This document shows positions 1 through 9,900 of a DNA stretch of 64,000 bases, one piece after another (positions within the stretch are counted from its first letter, which is position 1; every line of letters starts with the position of its first letter). The notes under the pieces were generated by a model. The model saw only the letters and a program-made list of their open reading frames with translations. It was not told the origin of the DNA and ran no database searches. The translations under genes and the position numbers were made by a program. The stretch comes from Rickettsiales bacterium (GTDB taxonomy: Bacteria; Pseudomonadota; Alphaproteobacteria; Rs-D84), in NCBI GenBank assembly GCA_031254335.1, contig JAIRUP010000014.1:3043-67042 (forward strand), given 5' to 3'.

Positions 1-53
1 GCCGAACGACAACCGCCAGCCGCACCGCCGCCGCGCGCGGTCAAATCCAACCC

Positions 54-3000
54 ATGGTCGGCTCCGCGCCCATCAGCGGCGCGCTCCGTGGCCGCTCTGC
101 AATTAATAAAAACAACTCCCCCCTTGCGGGGGAGTCGCGGGGCGCCGCGCGCTCCGCGGTGGGGGGTCGAACCGCCCGCTCGGCCGTCGCGAACGCCCAG
201 GTGGATATAAACACACCCTACGGCAAATGCCGCGCTTCGTATTTCTCGTGCATGGATGAATTCTGCGCGAACCGCGACGCGCAGTTCCGCCGTTGCGCGT
301 GTTCGGCGCGCGTGGAGGGCCTTATGAAATTCCAAACGGAGCTGGAAGGCGTCCAGAACATGATGAAGGACTATAACGAGAATCTTCTGCTTGTGGGCGT
401 GTCGGCCGAGCAGGCGGTCGCGGCTATGCAGGCCAGCGGGGGCGAGGACGCCTTCGGCGAAGGGGACACCGGAACGGCGAACAAGAATATTTTGAACAAA
501 TTGTCGGCGGACATAGACCGCCCGACGAAACCCAAGATTTCCGAAGCGATAAGGATAGACATGGACATGAATTTCGCGATGTCGGACGAATGGGCCGGCG
601 GCCAGTCGCGCGCGAGGGAGCTGTTCGGCAAGGATTTATACGATTTCACGGCGGCGTCCTGCAAGAAGATTTCGGCGGACGATTGCGGCGCGAACGATTT
701 GGGCATGGCGGTCTCGGCGTATCAAATGTCGATAGAGCAGGATTGCCTGGCGGTAGAGCGGGGATACGGAAAAATCGCGGACAACGCCATGCGCGGCGTC
801 GCGGAAAGCGGCGCCTTGCTGGACGAGGCGCGTCTTAACGCGGACCAAATACGGAACTCGGACACGGCGTCGGAATGCCGGACGAAGCTGGAAGCGCAAA
901 TGCGTCTTCCGGGAGTCTGCGGCCCCGAGTATGAGCTTTGTATCGATGTGTCGGGCCGGTTTGTGAACAAAGGGTCGGGAAAGCCGATTCTGACGCCGGA
1001 TTTCTGGAAGATAGAGGGCGACGCGGCGAAGAACGTGGCGTCCTTCCGCCGCCTGCTTGAATCGAAGCGGCCTTTGGTGTCGCGCGCGCTGGCGGCGTGC
1101 CAGAAAGACGCGGACGCGGTCTGGACGGGATTTGCGGACGATTTCATCGGTAATGTGAAGGTCGCGCAAACTCGCATGCTGGATTTTGTGCGCCAGGATT
1201 GCACGAAGCTGATAGCGGCGTGCTATAATCAGGCGTCCGCCGGTCTGGAAAACATATCGGACCTGTCGCTAAGCGTTTTGGCGGTTGAAAGTTTCGCGTC
1301 GCAAAAGGTTATATGCCAAAATGTAACGGACAGCTGCCAGGCGATATTGAAATCGGATGTGCCGGACTTGCAAAGCATAGTGTCGAACCAGGAAAGGGAA
1401 TTGCTGCGGAAAAAATGCCTGGACGAAGGGAAGAATTGCATAATGCGGGATTGTATCGCCTATGACGGAAGATTGTGGCTCGGCTGCATTCCCGGCGAAG
1501 CGTCGAACGAAGCCTGCGATGCCAATCCCTATTGCAGAACGGCGCGCGACAACAGGGCAAGGATGATTGGCGAGCCGGATGGAAAGGGCGGTTCGGACTA
1601 TACCCTTGTGAACGAACACGGATGCCTGACCAAAGTGCGCGCCTGCGCCGGGGAATCGTTCAAGCCGACGCTGGCGAACTGCGGCAAAGACGAAAATGAC
1701 AAAGCGTATAGAAATCTTGGGTTCGACAACTGGACGGACTGCATGAACACCGACCATGTCGTCAAATTCATCTGGGGCGATTGGCGGGGCGATTGGAGGG
1801 GCGATTGGAATAGCGATAAAATTTATACTTCGTCCAGTGCCCTCCGCCCGAAAAACTCCACGGTCTTGAACTATTTCTATCACGAATTCCAGGCTCCTGA
1901 AATAGCAGTCGACTACATCTGGAACGACGAGACCTGCGCGCTGATGGGCAACGACGCAAACTGCCTGTTCCCGAACGACCAGGGCTTCGAATCTGCGACA
2001 ACCCAGCTTAAGAAAGACACCCTCGTCGCGCGGGAAATGCTTAAACGGTATTTTATCGAGAATTTCAACTATATGATTGGCAGCACGGGCCAAAGAACGC
2101 CAAGCGAAAAATTTTCTGACCTCGAAACCAGATTGAAATTGTATCTCGGCCTGAAAGGCGACATAACCCAATTCGCCGACATGTTCGGAAGCGCTGCGAA
2201 ACAAGCGACAACTCTTTGGCAGGAAAGTTGCACTTATGATTATAATATTGAAGATTCATGTGATAATAAATTCAATAATGAACCTAATGATATTTTCAGC
2301 CAAGTTGCTTTCCCCTCCGCCTCCTTCCTCTCCTGGCTGGCCATGTGGCCCAAGAACCGCACCTGCCCCTCCGGCCGATCCAACAACCAGAACAATTCGA
2401 ATATGTTCTATTCCAACGCCGCATACGCCTACAACCAGCAATTCTTCCTATGCGCCGACGACGATTGCAGCTCGGGCTCATGCCCCGGCGGCCGATGGGG
2501 CGGCCTGTTTGACAGAAACAAAGCCGCTAATTGCGACCCCGGCAAAGAATATAGGGACGGCGATTGCGGGGACTGCCGCGAAGGCTACTACAAGCCGAAT
2601 GCTGGCACCGCCGCCTGCACCTTATGCAATCGGATGGCCGCCGACAAAAACAACGAGCCCGTCAGCTCTGGTGCGGTCGACTGCGTTGCATGCAAGGCTT
2701 CTCCTGGACAATATTGCGCGGGCGGCGCATTGAAACCCTGCCCGGTCGGATACAAATGCCCGGGCGGCGAGGCTTCTGCGGCGGCCTGCCTGCCCGGCGA
2801 AACATCGAACGCCGGGTCTTCCTCGTGCAGGGAATGCGTTGCTGGCGAAATCTGCCCCGGCGGCGCCGCGCCCGGCCAATGCCCGTTCATGAATGAACCG
2901 ACGACGAACCCGCTCGCTGCTTGGTCCGGTAGTTCTGTTACTTATATATTCGACCTGCCGACATCGCCGTCTAGGGCCGCGTCAATAACTGCCTGTTCCC

Positions 3001-4802
3001 GAACGATGCCATGCAGAAATGAAAACGACAACAGCATCGGCATCCAAACATGCTGGTCGCAGTCCATCTTGGGCACCAATTGGATTGATACATATACATC
3101 CTCATGCGGGACGACGACATGCCGGACTATTGCTTGCGGTCAAGGTATGGAGAAAGTCGGCGAAACATGCGCACAATGCCCCGCCGGAAAATACAAAAAC
3201 ACAATCGGAGATACCGCCTGCCTTCCCTGCGCCGACGGATACTATTCGGACTCTCCGGGTCGGTCGTTATGCAGCCCTTGCCCGACAGACAAAATATGCC
3301 CTGATAAAGCCAGCTCCCCTGAACTTTGCGGGCAGGGAAACTGGTGTGCATCTAATACCCGGCATCCATGCGCCGCCGGAACTTATAGTGCCCAGCCGTC
3401 AAGGACTACCCAATGCGACAACCAATGCCCTGCCGGCTATTACTGCCCTCCGGGTTCGATAAATGGCTCTGTGCCGGGCAACTTGTGTAAAGAGGGCTGT
3501 TATTGCCCGCAAGGTTCGGGTGCCAGCGCGGATGCCAATTGTCAGAACTTCTGCAATGCCGGATATTTGTGCCTTGCCGGCTCTATAACGGGAACAGGGA
3601 TAACCACGCTTTCTAATGGTAAAACGAATCCATGCGGCAAGGACAATTACTGCCCCCTCGCAACTTCAATCGATACTTTGACAACCGAGCGGAAACAGTG
3701 CGACAGCAAATATACGACCGACGCTAACGACGCCCGATTGAACGGACAAAGCCATCCGGACGCTCCGCCGTCGTCTGACACGGCGTACCTGGAAAGTCAT
3801 TGCGCCATTGGTTGCGGACAAGACGGCTTATATGTGAATACTTTGAAGGGTGAATGCGTCCAGCTCGCAACCGACGACTCGAATTGCAGATATGTCAAAG
3901 CGCATGCGGTCAGCCAAACGCAGACTTCGGAAACTGCATCTAAGATTTCAACCTGCCCGTCTGGTTGCAATCTGAACAGGAACACTGCCGGCATAGACGG
4001 TTGCGCGGCGGCAGACTTGGATTGGAATATGAACAACGGAAAAGGAAAGCGAACCTGCTGGCTTGCTGCTGCAATAAACGTATACAATCCGACTGTAAAC
4101 GAAGCCAATACCGCAAGATGCGACTCTATAACCACGACTTCCTGCAATGCCGGCTACAAATTCAATAGTGCCGGTTCCGCTTACAACCAATGTGAAATCT
4201 GCCCCATCGACACATACAAATCCGCGGAATCGCTTGCAACCGCCTGCACTGCCTGCGCGGACGGTTATACGACCAACAACGGACAGGGCAAAACAAATCA
4301 ATCCGATTGCATTATAACCTGCCCTGCCGGTCAATATGTAGCGACCGCCGGACATGGCTGCGTCGCTGTTCCGGCCGGCACATACAGCTCGTCTCATACC
4401 GTCGCCCAGGGCAGCATAAGCCCCCCCCCCCCGTCCGACCCCGTAAAACAGTGTCCAGACAACTGTGTCAATGCCGACCAGAATAATCAAACCGCGATAA
4501 CCGGCTGCCGCAACAACAATGCGTCTTGGACCGTAAGCAACGGAGCGGGGACAATGTCTTGCGGCGCGACTGCGGCAAGTCCGACCTGCGTTCCATCCGG
4601 CAGCGCGACAACGCAATGCTCCGGACATGCGATAACTTCGTGCAACGCGGGATATTATATGACCGGGTCCGGGACAGCTGCGGCCTGCACGGCCGTGGGC
4701 AACGGTTATGCAAGCCCGCAAGATTCGCTTACAAGAACGCAATGCGCTGCGCCGACCGGCTGCTCTAATGCGGACAAATCGGCCTGCGTCGCCTGCCCCT
4801 AA
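54..4802 (+). CDS. Giant secreted cysteine-rich protein of more than 1580 aa, with an N-terminal domain followed by tandem CxxC..G.Y repeats; the 5' end probably lies upstream of the window
   Basis: The reading frame stays open back to position 3, and there is no signal peptide within the window. From about 2500 to 4800 it carries dozens of repeats such as CPAGYY and CxxCxxGxY, matching the ephrin-receptor-like / furin-like / GCC2_GCC3 pattern. The N-terminal roughly 550 aa are homologous to the 20160-21425 protein. Confidence 0.8.
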   Translation: MVGSAPISGALRGRSAINKNNSPLAGESRGAARSAVGGRTARSAVANAQVDINTPYGKCRASYFSCMDEFCANRDAQFRRCACSARVEGLMKFQTELEGVQNMMKDYNENLLLVGVSAEQAVAAMQASGGEDAFGEGDTGTANKNILNKLSADIDRPTKPKISEAIRIDMDMNFAMSDEWAGGQSRARELFGKDLYDFTAASCKKISADDCGANDLGMAVSAYQMSIEQDCLAVERGYGKIADNAMRGVAESGALLDEARLNADQIRNSDTASECRTKLEAQMRLPGVCGPEYELCIDVSGRFVNKGSGKPILTPDFWKIEGDAAKNVASFRRLLESKRPLVSRALAACQKDADAVWTGFADDFIGNVKVAQTRMLDFVRQDCTKLIAACYNQASAGLENISDLSLSVLAVESFASQKVICQNVTDSCQAILKSDVPDLQSIVSNQERELLRKKCLDEGKNCIMRDCIAYDGRLWLGCIPGEASNEACDANPYCRTARDNRARMIGEPDGKGGSDYTLVNEHGCLTKVRACAGESFKPTLANCGKDENDKAYRNLGFDNWTDCMNTDHVVKFIWGDWRGDWRGDWNSDKIYTSSSALRPKNSTVLNYFYHEFQAPEIAVDYIWNDETCALMGNDANCLFPNDQGFESATTQLKKDTLVAREMLKRYFIENFNYMIGSTGQRTPSEKFSDLETRLKLYLGLKGDITQFADMFGSAAKQATTLWQESCTYDYNIEDSCDNKFNNEPNDIFSQVAFPSASFLSWLAMWPKNRTCPSGRSNNQNNSNMFYSNAAYAYNQQFFLCADDDCSSGSCPGGRWGGLFDRNKAANCDPGKEYRDGDCGDCREGYYKPNAGTAACTLCNRMAADKNNEPVSSGAVDCVACKASPGQYCAGGALKPCPVGYKCPGGEASAAACLPGETSNAGSSSCRECVAGEICPGGAAPGQCPFMNEPTTNPLAAWSGSSVTYIFDLPTSPSRAASITACSRTMPCRNENDNSIGIQTCWSQSILGTNWIDTYTSSCGTTTCRTIACGQGMEKVGETCAQCPAGKYKNTIGDTACLPCADGYYSDSPGRSLCSPCPTDKICPDKASSPELCGQGNWCASNTRHPCAAGTYSAQPSRTTQCDNQCPAGYYCPPGSINGSVPGNLCKEGCYCPQGSGASADANCQNFCNAGYLCLAGSITGTGITTLSNGKTNPCGKDNYCPLATSIDTLTTERKQCDSKYTTDANDARLNGQSHPDAPPSSDTAYLESHCAIGCGQDGLYVNTLKGECVQLATDDSNCRYVKAHAVSQTQTSETASKISTCPSGCNLNRNTAGIDGCAAADLDWNMNNGKGKRTCWLAAAINVYNPTVNEANTARCDSITTTSCNAGYKFNSAGSAYNQCEICPIDTYKSAESLATACTACADGYTTNNGQGKTNQSDCIITCPAGQYVATAGHGCVAVPAGTYSSSHTVAQGSISPPPPSDPVKQCPDNCVNADQNNQTAITGCRNNNASWTVSNGAGTMSCGATAASPTCVPSGSATTQCSGHAITSCNAGYYMTGSGTAAACTAVGNGYASPQDSLTRTQCAAPTGCSNADKSACVACP
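101..172 (+). repeat. Family-A palindromic element (CTCCCCCCTTGCGGGGGAGTCG..GGTGGGGGGTCG) inserted in-frame in the giant gene
   Basis: The same bipartite palindrome recurs at 13059, 13421, 32236, 37416, 39327 and 39881. Each copy is preceded by an AT-rich TAATAAA-like motif. Confidence 0.8.
1776..1811 (+). repeat. Three tandem copies of a 12-bp repeat (GGCGATTGGNGG) encoding GDWRGDWRGDWN
   Basis: Tandem units read directly at 1776-1787, 1788-1799 and 1800-1811. Confidence 0.8.
4421..4432 (+). repeat. Poly-C12 homopolymer inside the giant gene, encoding PPPP
   Basis: Twelve consecutive C residues counted in the sequence. This is a potential slipped-strand tract. Confidence 0.7.
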
Positions 4803-4803
4803 C

Positions 4804-4948
4804 CCCCTTGTCACCCCAGGCAACCGCGCCGAAAGGCGGGGCGACCATGGGTCTCCGACCCCTTCCCTATTGTCATGGTCGGATTTAATCCGACCATCCA
4901 GGTAATAAGCTGTCGCCTCCGGCGACACATCCCTTCTTCCTTCTTCCT
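4804..4948 (+). repeat. Composite family-B element made of a C-like 5' part, the hairpin TGTCATGGTCGG..CCGACCATCCAGGTAAT, a second hairpin TGTCGCC..GGCGACA and a TTCTTCC tail
   Basis: The modular structure is shared with copies at 6111, 37768, 39603, 40444, 51512 (inverted), 58166 (inverted), 21447 and 38283. Confidence 0.75.
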
Positions 4949-4971
4949 TGTTTTTATGATATAATTCTTGT

Positions 4972-6108
4972 ATGAACATGACCCGCCGCGAATTTTTCGG
5001 ACTCGCTGCCGCGTCCGCCGTCGCTGTCGCGTTTCTTCCGCGCGCGGCCTTCGCCGCGGCGTCGAACTCTCTCCGCGCCGTCCGCACAGGGAAACAAATC
5101 GATAAAACGCGCATAGTGATTGAAACCGCGAAAAAGCCGTCGTATTCGCTGGCCTATCCCGCGGGCGCGCTGGAAATCACATTGAAGGACACGGACGGTT
5201 CGGCCGCGCCGGAAATGGCAAGCGGCACGCTGGTGTCGAATATAACGGTTGCGGCAAGCGGCGGCGATACGGTTGTAAAAGCCGCGCTTAGCCGCCCTAT
5301 ATATGAAATCCCGAAAAAGCAAACGATGATTTTGGAGCCGGGCGGAAGCAACAAGAACTATCGCCTTGTTCTGGACTTCGGCGCGGACGGGGAAGAATCC
5401 GGCGCGGCCGCGCCGGTCGCGACGAAACAGAACGACAAGAAAATCATAGTCCTCGACGCGGGGCACGGCGGCAAGGACCCCGGGACTATTGGAAAGAACA
5501 TGAAAATAAAGGAAAAGGACATCGTGCTGAAAGTCGCAAGAAAATTGCGCGACAGCCTGAATGGACAATACCGCGTGTATCTGACGCGCGACAAGGACGA
5601 ATTCCTGAACTTGAACACGCGCGCGGCGTTTGCGGAATCCAAGGGCGCGGACTTGTTCATATCGCTCCACGCGAACGCGAATCCGTCCAAGAAGACTCAG
5701 GGCTTTTCGACATATACCTTGTCGAAGAAAGCGTCGGACGAGGAAGCGATGAAAACGGCGGAGGCTGAAAACGCGGCGGATAGAATCGCGGTGGATAATT
5801 TCCAGAAGTTCGAGCAGGAAATAAGAATGGCCTTGTCGTCCTTGCAGCAGCAGGTGGTGGCGGAAAGCTCGGTCGCGTTCGGGTCGAATCTGGTGAAGAC
5901 GACTAAATCCAGCGGAATAAAGTTGCAGGATAACCCGCTAAGATACGCGCCGTTCGCGGTCTTGAAATCGAGCGTTCCTTCGGTGCTGGTTGAATTGGGC
6001 CACCTGTCGAATGCGGAAGAGGAAAAACTTCTGAATTCCGACCCGCATCAAAACAAGCTGGTTTCTGTAATCAAAAAAGCCATCGACAATTTCGAGTTTC
6101 TCTCCTAA
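4972..6108 (+). CDS. amiC: N-acetylmuramoyl-L-alanine amidase (AmiC/AmiA type) with a Tat signal peptide
   Basis: It has an RREFF twin-arginine signal followed by an A-F-A cleavage site. The amidase_3 motif reads IVLDAGHGGKDPG. Confidence 0.8.
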   Translation: MNMTRREFFGLAAASAVAVAFLPRAAFAAASNSLRAVRTGKQIDKTRIVIETAKKPSYSLAYPAGALEITLKDTDGSAAPEMASGTLVSNITVAASGGDTVVKAALSRPIYEIPKKQTMILEPGGSNKNYRLVLDFGADGEESGAAAPVATKQNDKKIIVLDAGHGGKDPGTIGKNMKIKEKDIVLKVARKLRDSLNGQYRVYLTRDKDEFLNLNTRAAFAESKGADLFISLHANANPSKKTQGFSTYTLSKKASDEEAMKTAEAENAADRIAVDNFQKFEQEIRMALSSLQQQVVAESSVAFGSNLVKTTKSSGIKLQDNPLRYAPFAVLKSSVPSVLVELGHLSNAEEEKLLNSDPHQNKLVSVIKKAIDNFEFLS

Positions 6109-6110
6109 CC

Positions 6111-6215
6111 CTTTGTCATGGTCGGGCCTGACCCGACCATCCAGGTAATAAATTGTCGCCACAGGCGACACAATACTTCTTCCTTCTTACTTCCTACTTC
6201 TTCCTCATCCCCGTC
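6111..6215 (+). repeat. Family-B composite element; its TTCTTCC tail encodes the last codons (MRKK, stop) of the HAD gene on the opposite strand
   Basis: It shows the pattern CTTTGTCATGGTCGGGCCTGACCCGACCATCCAGGTAATAAATTGTCGCCACAGGCGACA followed by TTCTTCC repeats. Confidence 0.75.
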
Positions 6216-6865
6216 CTCGAATCAACCCAAACCTGTTCCTTTGCAAGCCTCATCATCGGCAAATCCGACTTTGAATCGGAATACGCCCGAACAACTTCCA
6301 AAGTTCCCCTCCTGTGGAGGGGTGCCCGACTTGTCCGCCGAAGCCCGAAGGGCGAAGGTGGAAGGCCGGGGTCCATTGTGTGATTCATTATTATTGTGCC
6401 GTTCGCCCACTCATCCAACCTATCCACCTTCCATTCCCCCCAGCACGGCTTGTCGTATCTCCAAGGCTTAGCCTTGTCCATGACGGAACTTATGACGGCG
6501 TCGAATCCCAAATCCGCGACCAGCGGAGGAAGCAGAAAATCCGGGCTGGCGGAAATGCAAACAACCGTCGCGCCGCGCGCTTTTTCCTCGGCGATTTTTT
6601 CCGCGGCCCATCCGAATCGGTTGCGCCTGTGTTCCTTTATGAATCCCGCCGCATACTTCCGCGCCATGCCGGGGGTCAGGTATCTGCGCATGGCCTCGCG
6701 GCACCATTTTCCGTTTGGATTCAGAAGTTTTCCAACCGCGCCGGCGATAAGCCAGGGCAGAAATAAAAACTGGCGGAAACTTCTGAAAAAAGTGTATTTG
6801 TAAAATTCGGCGTTCGCGTCCCTCGCGGACAGCGTCCCGTCAAAATCGAAAAGCACTATTTTCAT
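6194..6865 (-). CDS. HAD-superfamily hydrolase
   Basis: The N-terminus reads MKIVLFDFDGTL, the HAD motif I. Confidence 0.65.
   Translation of the reverse strand: MKIVLFDFDGTLSARDANAEFYKYTFFRSFRQFLFLPWLIAGAVGKLLNPNGKWCREAMRRYLTPGMARKYAAGFIKEHRRNRFGWAAEKIAEEKARGATVVCISASPDFLLPPLVADLGFDAVISSVMDKAKPWRYDKPCWGEWKVDRLDEWANGTIIMNHTMDPGLPPSPFGLRRTSRAPLHRRGTLEVVRAYSDSKSDLPMMRLAKEQVWVDSRTGMRKK
6296..6400 (+). repeat. Family-C element (..TTCCCCTCCTGTGGAGGGG..GACTTGTCCGCCGAAGCCCGAAGGGCGAAGGTGGAAGGCCGGGGT..)
   Basis: A near-identical copy is inserted in-frame in hemW at 12708-12787. Partial copies lie at 16385 and 37297. Confidence 0.7.
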
Positions 6866-6904
6866 AATCTCTGCTCTTGTTATATTTTTATTATAACACT
6901 CGAA

Positions 6905-6945
6905 AAATATTAGCGCAATCGCGTTTTCGAGAGAAAATCAAACGC
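6905..6945 (+). repeat. Partial family-D repeat (TTAGCGCAATCGCGTTTTCGAGAG..) that supplies the stop codon and C-terminus of the RND gene
   Basis: It shares about 20 nt (CAATCGCGTTTTCGAGA) with copies at 58262, 38401 and 61050. Confidence 0.55.
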
Positions 6946-9900
6946 CTTGCTCCTCAGCTTCTCCATCGCCACGAAAAGCGCGGGCGTTAATACAAAAGCG
7001 AACACCAACGCGGCCAGCATACCGCCGACTATGACGGCTCCCATAGAGGATTTCATTCCCTCCGCGGACCAAAGCTGCGGCACCATTCCGGCCATGACCG
7101 CGACCGAAGTCATTATAATCATGCGCGACCGCTCGTTGTATATTTTCCAAAGAACCTTCTTCATGTCGCCTCCTTTTCGGATTTCCGCGACGGCCGGTTC
7201 GAGAACTATGATGTTGTTGTTGACGGCAAGCCCCACAAGCATGATGATGGAAAGCATGGCGGCGATGTTCAGCGACGCGCCCGAAAGGAACATCATTATG
7301 AAAACGCCCGAGAACGAAGTCAGGATTCCGGTCGCGATTGTGAACGGATGAAGCATGGAATTCATGATTGCGGCGAGAAGCATGTATGTAAGGATGACCG
7401 CAAGCAGGAACGCGCCGGCCATCTCGCCGGTGGTTTCGGCCTGAATCTCGCTCATTCCGGCGTAATAGAATCCGTATCCGGGCGAAAAATCGAATCGGTC
7501 CAGTTCCGCGGTTATCTTGTTTTGCACGGGACCCATGGTGGATTTTCCAATGATGACCTGAATCTCGCTCACGCGGGACTTGTCGCGGCGGTAAATGTTC
7601 GGGGACGCGGGCGCGCGCTTTATCTCGCCAAGCTCGGACAAAGGCACAAGGCCCTTCACGGTCTTGACCGTTATGTTCTCGAACATGTCCGGGTTCACGA
7701 ATTCGTCGGCGACGGAAACGATGATGGGAACCTCTTCGCCGCTGTCGCGGAACTTGTAGGTGTCGTTGCCGTAAAGGGCGGCGCGAAGGACGGACGCGGC
7801 CTGAACATTGTTGATGCCGTAAAAGCTCATCGTCTTTTCGTTCGGAATGAAGCGGAATTCATAACCGGGATTGGTCGCGGACAGGCGGGCGGATTGGATT
7901 TCCGGAATATTGTTCAGGGCGTGAATCGCGCGCGCGGCGTATCCCTCGCGGATTTCGTCGTTGTCGCCGTATATGTTGATTGTTATGTCCGCGGCGAAGC
8001 CCTGGATTTTTCCGGCCTTTACCTGAATGTCTGCGTCGACGATTCCGGCCATCTTTGGAACGATTCTTTGGGCCAGAAGTTTGTCGGATATGCTCCGCTG
8101 CCCAAGTGGTTTAAGGGTCGCGACGACTGTGATGTTTTCCACGCCGCGTTGGCCGATTTGGGTCGCCGTGGATATTACTTCGGGGAATTGCGAAAGTTTC
8201 GATTCGATTTCCTCGGCGATTTCAAGCGACTTGGCGTATGTCGCTCCGCGCGGAGCGGCGGCGATTACGGTTATTTCGGACACATCGGTTTCGGGCTTGA
8301 ATTCGTTTCCGACAAAGGGCAATAGCCCCATGGACAATATCAGAATCCCGAACGCCGCGCCGATTGTGGCCATGGGCCGTCTGAACTGGAACTCGAATAT
8401 CTTTTTGAATAGCCCTTCGGCTTCTTTTTCCGTCGGGTCTTTTTTCTTTTTTTCTTTTTTGACGCGAAGCAGCAGGCTAATCATCATGGGCGTAAGACTG
8501 AACGAGAACATGATGGAAAGCAAAGTCAGATAAACGACCGTCATTCCGAACTGGCTCATGAACATTCCGGCGATTCCGTCCATCATCGCAAGCGGCGTGA
8601 AAACGGCCATGTTTGTCCCTGCGCCGGCGAGAACGGCGGCGGCGACGCGGCCGGTCCCGCGGACGGCGGCCTCCGCGGGCGGCGTTCCCTCGCCCATCAG
8701 CATAAGCGCGCTCTCGATTATTATGATTGCGTTGAATATAAGCGAGCCGAGCGCGGTGGCCATGGCAAGCATGGTGAACGAATTTATGGTGAATCCGCTG
8801 GCGTTCATGAAGAAGAATCCGGCGACCAAAGACGCCGGTATGACGGCGCATGCGATTATGGTCGTGCGCCAGTTGCGCGTGAACGCCAAAAGCACGGCGA
8901 TGGTGAGAATCATTCCAAGAAGTATCCCGTTGACGGTGGAATTGGTTTCGTTGGTTATGGCGACGGCGGAATCGCTGACGATTTTAAGCCGCGCCGATTC
9001 GCCGAGTTCGGCCCGAAGAGCGTCGGTGTATTTTTTTATGTTCTTGTTGACGGCTTTCGAGATTTTAACGGCGTTTCCGTCGGAAGCCTTGACGATTGAA
9101 ATCATGACCATGTCGGTCCCGTCCATGCGCGCGCCGGACTCCTGCTTGCGGGACGAATCGGAAACGGATGCGACATCTTTCAGGCGGAACCTGCCGCCCT
9201 CGGAAGTTGTTATGGAAAGGTTGGCGATGTCCTGGACGGTCGCGAATTCGCCGACGAATCGGACGGACATGCTTCCCGCGCCGTATTCGATTCGCCCGCC
9301 CGGGAAGTTGAGGTTGCTTTGGGACAGCGCGCCGGTTATGTCGGAAATCCCGATTCCGCGCGACATCATAAGGACGGGGTTAAGGTCGATTCGAATCGCG
9401 CGCTCGCGCCCTCCGGCGACTTTGGCGGAAGCGACGCCGGCGATGCTTGTCAGCTTGTTTGCAAGGACTTCCTCGGAATAGGTGAAAGCCTTTTTAAGAA
9501 ATTCGTCGCCGCCCTGGCCGGAATCGAAAATGACCATGTCCACGACGGATTCGGTCATGACATTCAGCTTTTCTATGCGCGGTTTTTTAAGTTCCGCGGG
9601 AAGGCTCGAAACTATCGCCTCGACCTTGTCCTTTACTTCCAAAAGTTTGTGGTTGATGTCGGATTCCATTGTGAATTCGACCATGACGAAGCCGCCGCTC
9701 TCGAAAGCCTGGGACGACAGCCGTTTGATTTGCGATACTTCCGCGATTGCGTTTTCGATGGGTTTAAGAACCTGCTCCTCGACTTCCAGCGGATTCGCGC
9801 CGGGATAAATCAGGGTGGCGGACACCATGGGAAAATCCATTGCGGGCGCGCGCTCGACATTCATCTTTGGCAAAGACCACGCGCCAAGGATGACCCAGAA

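Noticed and set aside
1269-2204. Antisense ORFs inside the giant gene (1269..2204-, 636..1169-, 3948..5114-, 2236..2733+ and others)
   Set aside because: They are fully embedded in the 54-4802 coding frame, which carries coherent repeat structure. High-GC sequence routinely yields long spurious antisense ORFs.
7348-9481. Plus-strand ORFs 7348..8325, 8558..9481 and 9319..10203 opposite the RND permease
   Set aside because: They are antisense to a gene with unmistakable RND architecture and have no motifs of their own.
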